From positions 1,740,001-1,772,000 of the forward strand of contig NZ_CP179200.1 of NCBI RefSeq assembly GCF_051201565.1: a stretch of DNA of 32,000 nucleotides. The letters are read 5' to 3'. How positions within the stretch are numbered: position 1 is the first letter of the stretch; every line of letters starts with the position of its first letter. Positions 1 to 9,916 of this stretch are shown piece by piece. The notes under the pieces are model-generated. The model was not told the DNA's origin, ran no database searches, and saw only the letters and a list, made by a program, of their open reading frames with translations. Source of the stretch: Pseudothioglobus sp. nBUS_23. Lineage in GTDB: Bacteria > Pseudomonadota > Gammaproteobacteria > PS1 > Pseudothioglobaceae. The translations under genes and the position numbers were made by a program.

Positions 1-13
1 TACCAACTGCCAT
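1..13 (-). CDS. atpG: ATP synthase F1 gamma subunit, first 4 codons only (gene runs off the window)
   Basis: The reverse complement of 1-13 reads ATG GCA GTT GGT A (M-A-V-G). It starts 6 nt downstream of the atpA stop, where atpG sits in the conserved atpIBEFHAG order. It is too short to verify by sequence. Confidence 0.45.
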
Positions 14-19
14 AATTAT

Positions 20-1561
20 TTACCAAGTATTATTAGCTTTAAAGTCATCAATTGCAGCCTGAAGCTTGGCAGCTATATCATCGTTATAGTCACCAGACTC
101 GTTAATTTCATCCATCAAAGCTGTTTGGCTTGTATTCATATACGCCAAAAGTGCTGCCTCAAATGCAACTACTTTATTTGCTTCGATGTCATCTAGAGCA
201 CCACTATTTGCAGCAAACAATGAAGTAGCAGTTTCAGCCACGTTTAATGGTGAATATTGTCCTTGTTTCATAAGCTCCGTTACACGCTGACCTCTGTCAA
301 TCTGTGCTTTTGTTTCAGCATCAAGATCAGAAGCAAACTGAGCGAACGCTGCAAGCTCACGATATTGTGCTAAGTCGAGACGAATACCTCCACCAAGTTT
401 TTTAATAACCTTAGTTTGTGCGGCACCTCCAACTCGAGATACAGACAAACCGGCATTAATCGCAGGTCTGATTCCTGAATTAAATAGATCTGTCTCAAGG
501 AAGATTTGACCATCAGTAATGGAGATTACGTTTGTTGGAACAAAAGCCGATACATCTCCAGCTTGAGTTTCAATAATTGGTAATGCTGTTAGTGACCCAG
601 TCTTGCCCTTCACCTCTCCATTAGTAACCTGCTCGACGTATTCAGCGTTTACCCTAGAGGCTCTCTCCAAAAGACGAGAGTGAAGGTAGAAAACGTCACC
701 TGGATAAGCCTCACGTCCTGGCGGTCGCTTTAAAAGAAGCGAAACTTGACGGTAAGCCCAAGCCTGCTTGGTGAGGTCATCATAAACAATAAGTGCATCT
801 TCACCCCTCTCCATAAAGTACTCGCCCATAGCGCAGCCAGCATATGGTGCAATATATTGAAGCGCTGCAGAATCAGAAGCAGATGCAGAGACAATGATTG
901 TATGCGCCAAAGCACCATGCTCTTCTAATTTGCGAACTACAGCAGCAATAGATGAAGCTTTTTGTCCAATAGCAACATAAATACATTTAACTCCTGTATC
1001 TTTTTGATTAATAATTGCATCAATAGCAACAGCAGTTTTTCCAGTTTGACGGTCACCAATAATAAGCTCACGCTGGCCTCGGCCAATTGGCACCATTGAA
1101 TCAATCGCCTTAATTCCAGTTTGAATTGGCTGGTCAACAGATTGTCTCTCAATTACGCCTGGTGCAACAACTTCAATTGGTCTTGATGCTGAAGCTTTAA
1201 TATCGCCTTTACCCTCTAGGTCTTCTCCTAATGGATTGACAACCCTACCAAGCAACTCATTTCCTACTGGCACTTCCATGATTCGGTTTGTACACTTTAC
1301 TGTGTCGCCTTCTGAAATATGAAGATAGTCTCCCAAAACAACCGCACCCACCGAGTCTTGCTCTAAGTTAAGCGCTAGGCCAAATGTATTTCCAGGAAAC
1401 TCTAGCATTTCACCAAATTGAGCATCTGCTAGACCGTGAATACGAACAATGCCATCACTCACACTTATAACTGTGCCTTCAGTTCGAGCTTCTGCAGAAA
1501 AGTCAAAGCCCTCTATTTCTTTCTTAATTAAATCACTGATTTCAGAAGCGTTTAATTGCAT
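20..1561 (-). CDS. atpA: F0F1 ATP synthase subunit alpha
   Basis: 513 aa. Walker A motif GDRQTGKT. The whole length reads as a typical AtpA sequence and the gene sits in the atp operon. Confidence 0.97.
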   Translation of the reverse strand: MQLNASEISDLIKKEIEGFDFSAEARTEGTVISVSDGIVRIHGLADAQFGEMLEFPGNTFGLALNLEQDSVGAVVLGDYLHISEGDTVKCTNRIMEVPVGNELLGRVVNPLGEDLEGKGDIKASASRPIEVVAPGVIERQSVDQPIQTGIKAIDSMVPIGRGQRELIIGDRQTGKTAVAIDAIINQKDTGVKCIYVAIGQKASSIAAVVRKLEEHGALAHTIIVSASASDSAALQYIAPYAGCAMGEYFMERGEDALIVYDDLTKQAWAYRQVSLLLKRPPGREAYPGDVFYLHSRLLERASRVNAEYVEQVTNGEVKGKTGSLTALPIIETQAGDVSAFVPTNVISITDGQIFLETDLFNSGIRPAINAGLSVSRVGGAAQTKVIKKLGGGIRLDLAQYRELAAFAQFASDLDAETKAQIDRGQRVTELMKQGQYSPLNVAETATSLFAANSGALDDIEANKVVAFEAALLAYMNTSQTALMDEINESGDYNDDIAAKLQAAIDDFKANNTW

Positions 1562-1582
1562 AACAAACCTCTCTATATATAA

Positions 1583-2131
1583 TTAATTTACAGACAATGA
1601 GACGCTCAAAGCGTCAACTTTTGCCTTAATTGATGTATCAATAACCTTGTCACCCTCTTTTATGATGATGCCGCCCTTGAGAGCCTCATCAACTTCAGTT
1701 TCTACTGATACTGTTGTTTTATGTTTACTTGTTAAATCATCAATAATTGCTTTTTTCTCACTTTCACTCAATTCAAAAGCACTTATAACTTTAAAGTTCT
1801 TACTTTGATTAGAATCAGAAACTGCCATTTCAAATGAACTTACAATACTCTCAATCGCAGAAGAACGATCGTTCTTTAAAATAAGCCCAATAAATGCTGA
1901 TTCCTGCTTGCTTAGCTCCTTTGATGAGGCTTTTGCAATTAACGCAGAAATCAAATCATATTTTTGATTTTTACTTTTACCTGGAGAGGCAATAAAAGCT
2001 TTAGTGCTTTCATCACTCAATACAGCGCTTGCTGTTGAAAGAAAAGAGCTCCATGCCGATATAGAATTGCTTTGCTCTGCAACTTCAAAAATCGCTTGAG
2101 CGTAAGGCTTTGCAATTGATGATAATTCCAT
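1583..2131 (-). CDS. atpH: F0F1 ATP synthase subunit delta (OSCP)
   Basis: 182 aa, located between atpF and atpA. The N-terminal AKPYAQAIFEVA resembles the ARPYAKAAF region of E. coli delta. Confidence 0.9.
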   Translation of the reverse strand: MELSSIAKPYAQAIFEVAEQSNSISAWSSFLSTASAVLSDESTKAFIASPGKSKNQKYDLISALIAKASSKELSKQESAFIGLILKNDRSSAIESIVSSFEMAVSDSNQSKNFKVISAFELSESEKKAIIDDLTSKHKTTVSVETEVDEALKGGIIIKEGDKVIDTSIKAKVDALSVSLSVN

Positions 2132-2140
2132 TTTATCGCC

Positions 2141-2611
2141 CTATAGTGACTGTGAAAGCTTAGAAAGCATATCTTTATGAGTTTTAGAATCAACTTCTTT
2201 ATCCAATACAGAATTTACTCCCTGCATAACCAAAGTGGAAACCTGATCTCTAAGCTCATTACGCGCTTTAACAACTTCTTGATCAAGCTCAGATTTTGCT
2301 TGAGCTTTAATTTTATCTGCTTCTTCAGATGCAGCACCCTTGGCGTTGTCTATCATTACGCTTGCCTGTTTATCAGCATTTGCAATAATTTCAGCCGCCT
2401 GAGTTTTTGAAGATTCAATTAAATCTTCTGCATTTTTTTGGGCTAACGCATGCTCTTCTTTTCCAAGCTCTGCAGCCTTTAGTCCGTCTTCAATAGCTTT
2501 TTTACGAGCCGCCATCGCCTCAACTAGGGGAGGCCAGACAAACTTCATGCAAAACCAGACAAACATGGCAAACATAATTGTTTGTCCAATTAGCGTAAGG
2601 TTAATGTTCAT
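2141..2611 (-). CDS. atpF: F0F1 ATP synthase subunit b
   Basis: 156 aa. One N-terminal TM helix ([13 protein letters not shown], compare E. coli FVLFCMKYVWPPL) followed by a long charged helix. Confidence 0.93.
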   Translation of the reverse strand: MNINLTLIGQTIMFAMFVWFCMKFVWPPLVEAMAARKKAIEDGLKAAELGKEEHALAQKNAEDLIESSKTQAAEIIANADKQASVMIDNAKGAASEEADKIKAQAKSELDQEVVKARNELRDQVSTLVMQGVNSVLDKEVDSKTHKDMLSKLSQSL

Positions 2612-2646
2612 AACTAATACCCTTGTTTATTGAAAAAGATTACGAT

Positions 2647-2889
<243 letters not shown>

Positions 2890-2916
2890 CTACTTATTAA
2901 AACTATTTAAAAAAAA

Positions 2917-4082
<1,166 letters not shown>

Positions 4083-4119
4083 TTGCTACTTAACCACCCT
4101 GATTGTGCACAAACGCAAC

Positions 4120-4147
4120 ATTATACAATTTAATGTTTAATAGTCAA
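4120..4147 (-). promoter_or_regulatory. Candidate sigma70 promoter of the atp operon
   Basis: The minus strand reads TTGACT (4147-4142), a 16-nt spacer, then TATAAT (4125-4120). The -10 box lies about 38 nt upstream of the atpI GTG. Confidence 0.6.
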
Positions 4148-4180
4148 GCGTTGAAAGCTGAATATATATTGTCTAAAGTT

Positions 4181-4212
4181 AAAAAAAATTCAACTAATGA
4201 AGGAGTTTAATT
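4181..4212 (-). terminator. Weak candidate intrinsic terminator downstream of recN
   Basis: On the minus strand AATTAAAC and GTTGAATT can pair (7 of 8 positions, almost all A-T) around a 10-nt loop, followed by a T-run (A8 on the plus strand at 4181-4188). The stem is weak. Confidence 0.3.
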
Positions 4213-4233
4213 CAATGGCAATTTGTCTAGGCA

Positions 4234-5895
4234 CTAGGAGCCAGAACTAATCATTTCTTCTGCAGCAATTCGGGTCTTTTCACTAATCTTGATTCCACCG
4301 AGTATCCTTGCAATCTCATCTGCCCTCTGCTCCCTATTCAATGAGACTACTTCAGTGAATGTCATATCATTTTTTTGTATTTTCTCAACTTTTAGGTGAT
4401 GATTGCCTTGAGCCGCAACTTGAGCCAGATGGGTTACACAAATAACTTGATAATGTTTTGCCAGCTGTTTAAGCATTTGACCAACAATTTCTGCAACTGA
4501 GCCGCTGATTCCAACATCAACTTCATCAAAAACTACGGAAGGTGTGAGCTCAGTATTGCTTCCTGAAACTGAAAGTGCCAGAGAAACCCTTGAAAGCTCC
4601 CCACCAGAAGCAATTTTATTCAGTGGTTTAAAGTCTTGTCCAGCATTTGTTTTAACATGGATGTTGATATCTTCAGCGCCATTTAATCTAACCTCTTTAT
4701 CCAAATCGACCATCCTAAATATAATTTCACTACCGGGCATTCCAAGCTTTTGCATAAGGCTTGTAACTTCTTCTGAGAGAGCATTGCTGGCTTTCTTTCT
4801 CTTAGCAGATAGCTCAGTAGATTGAATATAGTATTCAGTTTCTAATTGATTTAGCTCTTCATTTAATTTATCTAGTGTTTCATTCGAACTATCTAGTTCC
4901 CTCAGGCTCTTCTCTAAAGATTGTTGTATGTTGATGAGCTCTTTAATCTGACAATTATGCTTTCTACCTAAATCATGAAGGAATGTAATTCTTTGCTCTA
5001 GCTGCATAGAATTATCTTCCTGACTGCTTATTTTAGTAAGGTAGTCGGTAAGATCATATATGCCCTCTTGAACCTGTAACTGAGCTCCAGCAATCAAAGC
5101 TCTAATGGAATCTAATCGTGAATCAATCTCTTTTGACTGCTCAAGAACAGTCTCTCCATCAATAAGAATATTGTTTACTCCATGATCATCATTCAATGCG
5201 CTTAATATCTTTGATATTTTCTCAGTTAGCTGGCTAGAATTTTTCGAGGCTTTATAATCGTCTTCAATGCTGCTCAGCTCATCTACGGATAGTTCAGCCT
5301 CATGAAGTTCATTCAACTGGTGTATTACCAAATCTTTTTGAGCAGAAAGAAGTGAGTTGTTGTTTCGCAAGTGATCAATCTTGCCTTTGATTTTTTGATA
5401 ACTATTAACAATATCATTAACTTCATTGCACAGTTTTTGAGACCCAGCATAGTCATCCAAAAGAATTCTATGGTGGCTAGGTCTTAATAAGAGCTGATGT
5501 TCATTTTGTCCATGCATGTCAATCAAAAAACCTCCGACTTCACTCAGGACTGATAGTGGAACTTTGCTACCATTTATATATGAGTGAGACTTTCCATCCG
5601 AAAGAATTACTCTTCTTATAATACACTCGAAGTCATTTTCTAAATCTTGGCCTTCAAGGTAAGCAAGTACACTTGGATTTGATTCGATACTGAAGGAGGC
5701 GGTAATTTCTGCTTTCTGAGCCCCTTTTCTAACAAGCGAGGCATCTGAACGTCTACCAGCAATCATCGCCAACGCCTGAACAATAATTGATTTTCCTGCC
5801 CCAGTTTCACCCGTAATAACTGTCATCCCTAACTTAAAGTCAATATCTAGATCCTCAACAACAACTAGATTTTTAATATTCAGGCTATCGAGCAT
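4234..5895 (-). CDS. recN: DNA repair protein RecN (SMC-like ATPase)
   Basis: 553 aa. Walker A GETGAGKS, a long coiled-coil middle, the ABC signature SGGELSR and Walker B VVFDEVD. Confidence 0.95.
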   Translation of the reverse strand: MLDSLNIKNLVVVEDLDIDFKLGMTVITGETGAGKSIIVQALAMIAGRRSDASLVRKGAQKAEITASFSIESNPSVLAYLEGQDLENDFECIIRRVILSDGKSHSYINGSKVPLSVLSEVGGFLIDMHGQNEHQLLLRPSHHRILLDDYAGSQKLCNEVNDIVNSYQKIKGKIDHLRNNNSLLSAQKDLVIHQLNELHEAELSVDELSSIEDDYKASKNSSQLTEKISKILSALNDDHGVNNILIDGETVLEQSKEIDSRLDSIRALIAGAQLQVQEGIYDLTDYLTKISSQEDNSMQLEQRITFLHDLGRKHNCQIKELINIQQSLEKSLRELDSSNETLDKLNEELNQLETEYYIQSTELSAKRKKASNALSEEVTSLMQKLGMPGSEIIFRMVDLDKEVRLNGAEDINIHVKTNAGQDFKPLNKIASGGELSRVSLALSVSGSNTELTPSVVFDEVDVGISGSVAEIVGQMLKQLAKHYQVICVTHLAQVAAQGNHHLKVEKIQKNDMTFTEVVSLNREQRADEIARILGGIKISEKTRIAAEEMISSGS

Positions 5896-5906
5896 ACTAT
5901 AACCCT

Positions 5907-6725
5907 TTAAACCTTTTGTCCCCAGTGAAGTTTTGACCTAATAATTTCAAAATAGTCATAACCTTTTGGATGGATTAGGTGAACAAAATTATCATGTTTT
6001 TTGACTCTGAGCGAAACGCCCTCAGATGCGGAAACTGAGGATTGAGCATCAAAACTTATAGTAGCTCTTTCATCACAATCTAAAAGAGAAATAAACACTT
6101 CACTTTCGCCATGAAGGATAAATGGCCTATGGCTCATTGTATGAGGGCTAATTGAGACCAGGCAAATTGCATTCGTGCTTGGATGCATTATTGGTCCACC
6201 ACTAGACAACGCATAAGCGGTCGATCCTGTTGGCGTTGTAACAATAATTCCATCAGCCCTTTGATTATTAACAAAGTCATCATCGACATGAAGTTCAAAC
6301 TCTATCATTCTGGGAGTTTCATTTCGATGAATCACTACTTCATTAAAAGCCAAGTGTTCAGAGACTACTTTACCATTTTTCTCGATTTGACAATTTAACA
6401 AGGATCTCTGTTCTTTAATAAACTCGCCATCAAGAATCTCAGTTACCGCGGAAGCCATTGAATCAACTGAAACATCGGCCAAAAAACCAAGCCTGCCAAG
6501 GTTAATTCCTAAAATGGGAATATTAGAATCAACATAAGTTCTGGCAGTATTGAGAATGGTTCCATCACCTCCAACAACAATTATGAGGTCTGCTTCTTGA
6601 TTTATTTCTTTAGCACCCTCAAGAACGCCAACACCAAGATCCTTGAGAAGCACACCAAGCTCCAAAGCAGTTTTTTGACTGGTAAAATCATCTGGTTTAC
6701 AGATAATGCCAACTGAATTAAACAT
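5907..6725 (-). CDS. nadK: NAD(+) kinase
   Basis: 272 aa. GGDGT motif (VVGGDGTILN). The gene is adjacent to recN and divergent from grpE, as in E. coli. Confidence 0.93.
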   Translation of the reverse strand: MFNSVGIICKPDDFTSQKTALELGVLLKDLGVGVLEGAKEINQEADLIIVVGGDGTILNTARTYVDSNIPILGINLGRLGFLADVSVDSMASAVTEILDGEFIKEQRSLLNCQIEKNGKVVSEHLAFNEVVIHRNETPRMIEFELHVDDDFVNNQRADGIIVTTPTGSTAYALSSGGPIMHPSTNAICLVSISPHTMSHRPFILHGESEVFISLLDCDERATISFDAQSSVSASEGVSLRVKKHDNFVHLIHPKGYDYFEIIRSKLHWGQKV

Positions 6726-6729
6726 AGGC

Positions 6730-6759
6730 CTTGAAATATACTAAAGAGTAACTAAATAT
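6730..6759 (+). promoter_or_regulatory. Candidate grpE promoter (heat-shock sigma32-like -35, or sigma70 TTGAAA-16-TAAATA)
   Basis: CTTGAAA at 6730-6736 matches the sigma32 -35 consensus exactly, but the downstream -10 (ACTAAATAT) matches CCCCATNT poorly. The same bases can also be read as sigma70 TTGAAA / 16 nt / TAAATA (6753-6758). The site is 32 nt upstream of the grpE ATG. Confidence 0.4.
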
Positions 6760-6790
6760 CACATTAAATATACATTAGTTTGGTAACACA

Positions 6791-7333
6791 ATGACAAAAA
6801 AGAAGGAACAAAAAACTCAAAAAAGCGCCTCCAATAAAGCTAAAGAAGAGTTAGAAGATAACTCAAAAATTGAAGATTTAGAATCTCAACTTCAAGAGGC
6901 ACAACAATCTGCCAAGGACAATTGGGATAAATTATTGCGCTCGCAAGCCGAAATGGAGAATTTAAAAAGAAGGACGACAAAAGATTTAGAAAATGCGCAC
7001 AAGTTCGCACTCGACGGCTTTGTAAAAGCGCTTCTTGAGGTTAGTGACTCTCTAACAATGGGTATTAAATCTGCTAAAGATGAAAAGGCTACAATAGAAA
7101 CCACAACAGAGGGCCTAGAGCTTACTATGAAGGTTTTCAATAGCACTTTAGAAAAATTTGGTGTTGAGTCCATTAACCCAATTGATGAGAAATTTGATCC
7201 TGAGCTTCATGAGGCTGTCACTATGGTGCCAATGCCCGATAAAAAATCAAATACTGTACTAGAGGTTATTCAGACTGGCTTTACTCTGAATGGAAGGCTT
7301 GTAAGGCCAGCGCTAGTAATCGTTGTTCAGTAA
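6791..7333 (+). CDS. grpE: Nucleotide exchange factor GrpE
   Basis: 180 aa. Charged N-terminal coiled coil and a C-terminal FDPELHEAV motif typical of GrpE. Confidence 0.95.
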   Translation: MTKKKEQKTQKSASNKAKEELEDNSKIEDLESQLQEAQQSAKDNWDKLLRSQAEMENLKRRTTKDLENAHKFALDGFVKALLEVSDSLTMGIKSAKDEKATIETTTEGLELTMKVFNSTLEKFGVESINPIDEKFDPELHEAVTMVPMPDKKSNTVLEVIQTGFTLNGRLVRPALVIVVQ

Positions 7334-7346
7334 AAACAATAAATTA

Positions 7347-7760
7347 ATGAGGCTATATATTTTATTGGCTTTGCTAATAATTTCAAAAGGCACTCTAGCT
7401 AAAACCGTCCAAATCGAGTTTACCGAAAATGACTCTTATAGTATCGAAGTAGCTTACATTGATGTTGGTGACACTATTGAGTGGCTCCCAAAAAACAAAG
7501 GGCATAATGTAGAGTTTCTAGCGGGTCCTGATATGGATTCTCTTCCAAATAATTCTAAGATAAACGAATTTCACTCAATTCTTTTTAATACTCCAGGGGT
7601 TTATTTGTATGGTTGCTCGCCTCATTTATATATGGGCATGTTGGGTTTAATTGTCGTTGACAATGATTTTCACAACTTAGAAGATGTAAATAAAGTTGAA
7701 TTATCTTACGTTGCCAATTCAGTTGTTGATCGTTTGATAAAAATTGCAAAGCCGAACTAG
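7347..7760 (+). CDS. Pseudoazurin-type blue copper protein (periplasmic, signal peptide)
   Basis: Cupredoxin with type-1 Cu ligands in pseudoazurin spacing: His in KGHNVE, and Cys/His/Met in GCSPHLYMGM (compare CTPHYAMGM). Signal peptide MRLYILLALLIISKGTLA. I prefer the ATG at 7347 over the TTG at 7323 used by the ORF track. Confidence 0.85.
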   Translation: MRLYILLALLIISKGTLAKTVQIEFTENDSYSIEVAYIDVGDTIEWLPKNKGHNVEFLAGPDMDSLPNNSKINEFHSILFNTPGVYLYGCSPHLYMGMLGLIVVDNDFHNLEDVNKVELSYVANSVVDRLIKIAKPN

Positions 7761-8019
7761 TAATACAAGTTATAGAATTTGCTGATAGTGGTCAGTTTCT
7801 AGATTAATTGTTGTTGTTTTTGACATAAAAGAATGCTTTTTATATTAATATTCTATAAAAAGAAGCTTTTTTTCAAAAAATATAGTTATTTCTGGTATTT
7901 TCATCGAATTAATTGAATAAAAATGTTTAATTTAATCAAAAAACCATACTTTTAACGAATAAATATTGAAATTTACACTTTTTTCTAGTTTTTAGCAGTA
8001 AATTAGTTATTTGCCTTGC

Positions 8020-8048
8020 TTGACAGCATAGAATTAATACTCTATATT
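8020..8048 (+). promoter_or_regulatory. Near-consensus sigma70 promoter for the hydrolase/monooxygenase operon
   Basis: TTGACA (8020-8025), an exact 17-nt spacer, then TATATT (8043-8048). It sits in the 373-bp AT-rich spacer, about 85 nt upstream of the ATG at 8134. Confidence 0.65.
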
Positions 8049-8133
8049 CCACATTGCTCAAGTCGGCAGGCAGTGAGAAAAAAAGGTGTGTGCCAATTAG
8101 GTTAATCTACTAACATTAATACTTGGCTATCCT

Positions 8134-8964
8134 ATGAGCGACTTGAGAATCAATAATTCAAATCAATCACCCGGTCTTTCTTTTACTAAGAAAAATACTC
8201 ATTATTCTATTTCAGGATCGGAAGGTCCTTGCCTTATTTTTATTCATGGCGTTGGTTTGTGTAGAGAAATATGGGAGCCTCAAGTTGAATACTTTTCTAA
8301 GAGTTATGTAGTTGTCACATACGACTTTCTGGGTCATGGATTAACTCCAATTGCTAGCAAAAGCCCAACAATAGAGGACTATGTTGAGCAGCTAAATGAA
8401 TTAGTAATTTCGCTAGGTATTTCATCCTTCTCTCTGATTGGGCACTCTATGGGGGCAATTATTAGTGTCGCTTATAGTCTTAAGTATGGAGATAAAATTA
8501 ACTCCTTAATTCCTCTAAATATTGTCTATAAAAGGTCGAATGGTGCCAGAAATCAGGTCTTAGATCGTGCTAACAAAATTATACAGACAGGAGAAATAGG
8601 CAGTATCGAACAAACGATGAGTAGGTGGTTTGAAAACAAAAAGAATCCTGATCAAATCGTGAAAATAAATAAGGTTCGTCAACTTTTACTAAACGCCTCT
8701 CCCAAGGGCTATGGTCATGCTTATAAACTGTTTGCAATATCAGACTCTATCTTTGAAAATTTGCTTGGTAATTTAAGCGTGCCTGTACTATACTTGACGG
8801 GAGGTGACGACCCAAACTCTAATTCCAGAATGTCTCATGAAATGGCGAGTGAATCTCCTAAAGGCCTTTCGAAAATTATAGATAACGAAGCGCACATGAT
8901 GGCATACATTGCACCTACAAAGGTAAACACAATAATTAAGGACTTTTTACAAGATAATGAATAA
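8134..8964 (+). CDS. Alpha/beta-fold hydrolase, 3-oxoadipate enol-lactonase (PcaD)-like
   Basis: 276 aa. HGVG oxyanion region, nucleophile elbow GHSMGA and a C-terminal His in NEAHMM. Size and motif order (including the SRWF segment) resemble PcaD-type lactonases. This is my recognition only, not an alignment. Confidence 0.8.
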   Translation: MSDLRINNSNQSPGLSFTKKNTHYSISGSEGPCLIFIHGVGLCREIWEPQVEYFSKSYVVVTYDFLGHGLTPIASKSPTIEDYVEQLNELVISLGISSFSLIGHSMGAIISVAYSLKYGDKINSLIPLNIVYKRSNGARNQVLDRANKIIQTGEIGSIEQTMSRWFENKKNPDQIVKINKVRQLLLNASPKGYGHAYKLFAISDSIFENLLGNLSVPVLYLTGGDDPNSNSRMSHEMASESPKGLSKIIDNEAHMMAYIAPTKVNTIIKDFLQDNE

Positions 8965-9892
8965 AGATAGAACAAGGAATTTAAGGCAGGCTCTAGGCTC
9001 TTTTCCAACTGGAGTTACAGTAGTTTCTTGTCTTGATAAAAACAAAAACCCCCTAGGCTTCACAGCAAATTCATTTACATCTGTTTCGCTAGACCCAAAG
9101 CTCGTTTCAATTTGTATTGACAAAGAGTCTTTTAATATTGATTCTTTCTCAATCACTAAGCATTTTGCTATAAGTGTTCTCTCAGAAAATCAGCAATCGA
9201 TTTCAACCATTTTTGCAACCCCTAACGAGGATCGTTTCAAAAATATAGATTGGAGTACTGAGGAAACTGGCAGCCCAATTATTGCCAATGCAGTTGCATG
9301 GTTTGACTGCAATACTCAAAAAGTAGTTGATGCAGGGGATCACCTTATTCTTATAGGTAATATTATTGCCTTCGATAGTACTCCAAAAACCCCTCTGATG
9401 TACCTCAGGGGAAACTATGTCAATCTTGGGCTAGAGCAAAAAATGCTGCTTGCAATGGAAAATGAAAACACTGAAATAATAGTTGGAGCAATAATAGAAT
9501 CGAACAAAAAAATTCTATTACTGGAAGATAAACAAAATGGCTTTCTTTACTTTCCTTCAGCGTCAAGGCTTGGAAACACTAATGATGATGAGAGCCTTCT
9601 GGGCCTTCTAAACAATCTTAATATATCTATTAATGAACATTATCTTTTTTCAGTGTTTGAGAAAGCAGAGGATAAAACTAGTCTGATTTACTACCGAGCT
9701 CAGGTCAAAGCAGGTGCAGACACCTTGGGTGATTCTTTTTATCCATTTGATGCCATTCCATTTGATAAACTTAGTGATGAAGCGAGTAGAATAATGCTTA
9801 AAAGGTACATTAAAGAAAGAGAGTTGAATGCATTTGGAATTTTTGTTGGTAAAGAAAGCGAAGGTAAAGTAGAGGCTATAAGCAAAAAATAA
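8957..9892 (+). CDS. NAD(P)H-flavin reductase domain fused to a C-terminal Nudix-like domain with a degenerate Nudix box
   Basis: 311 aa. Residues 1 to about 158 show flavin-reductase (HpaC/RutF-type) hallmarks: SFPTGVTVVS and FTANSFTSVSLDPKLVSICI. Residues about 172-311 follow Nudix-fold topology (IIVGAII...ILLL...FLYFPSA...G-x5-E), but the REUxEE glutamates are replaced by N-L-N-I-S-I. The start overlaps the upstream hydrolase gene by 8 nt. Confidence 0.75.
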   Translation: MNKDRTRNLRQALGSFPTGVTVVSCLDKNKNPLGFTANSFTSVSLDPKLVSICIDKESFNIDSFSITKHFAISVLSENQQSISTIFATPNEDRFKNIDWSTEETGSPIIANAVAWFDCNTQKVVDAGDHLILIGNIIAFDSTPKTPLMYLRGNYVNLGLEQKMLLAMENENTEIIVGAIIESNKKILLLEDKQNGFLYFPSASRLGNTNDDESLLGLLNNLNISINEHYLFSVFEKAEDKTSLIYYRAQVKAGADTLGDSFYPFDAIPFDKLSDEASRIMLKRYIKERELNAFGIFVGKESEGKVEAISKK

Positions 9893-9916
9893 TCAAAATA
9901 AATAGGAACTGTTGAA

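Noticed and set aside
730-1152. Small ORFs inside atpA (730-918 minus, 746-928 plus, 937-1152 minus). Similar nested ORFs occur in atpF, atpB, recN, nadK, grpE, accC, argC, the citrate synthase gene, ychF, gpmI and metY.
   Set aside because: Each is fully contained in, or antisense to, a strongly supported conserved gene. They have low-complexity or Leu-rich translations, which is the expected noise in AT-rich DNA.
7323-7346. TTG start at 7323 for the pseudoazurin ORF, overlapping grpE by 11 nt.
   Set aside because: The ATG at 7347 begins a canonical signal peptide (MRLYILLALLIISKGTLA). The extra 8 residues (FSKNNKL) add nothing, so the downstream ATG is preferred.
7825-7843. AT-only hairpin (ATAAAAG / CTTTTTAT) after the pseudoazurin gene as an intrinsic terminator.
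   Set aside because: The stem has five contiguous pairs plus a bulge and only one G-C pair, so it is too weak to call. A second HindIII-centred A/T palindrome at about 7860-7875 is equally unconvincing.
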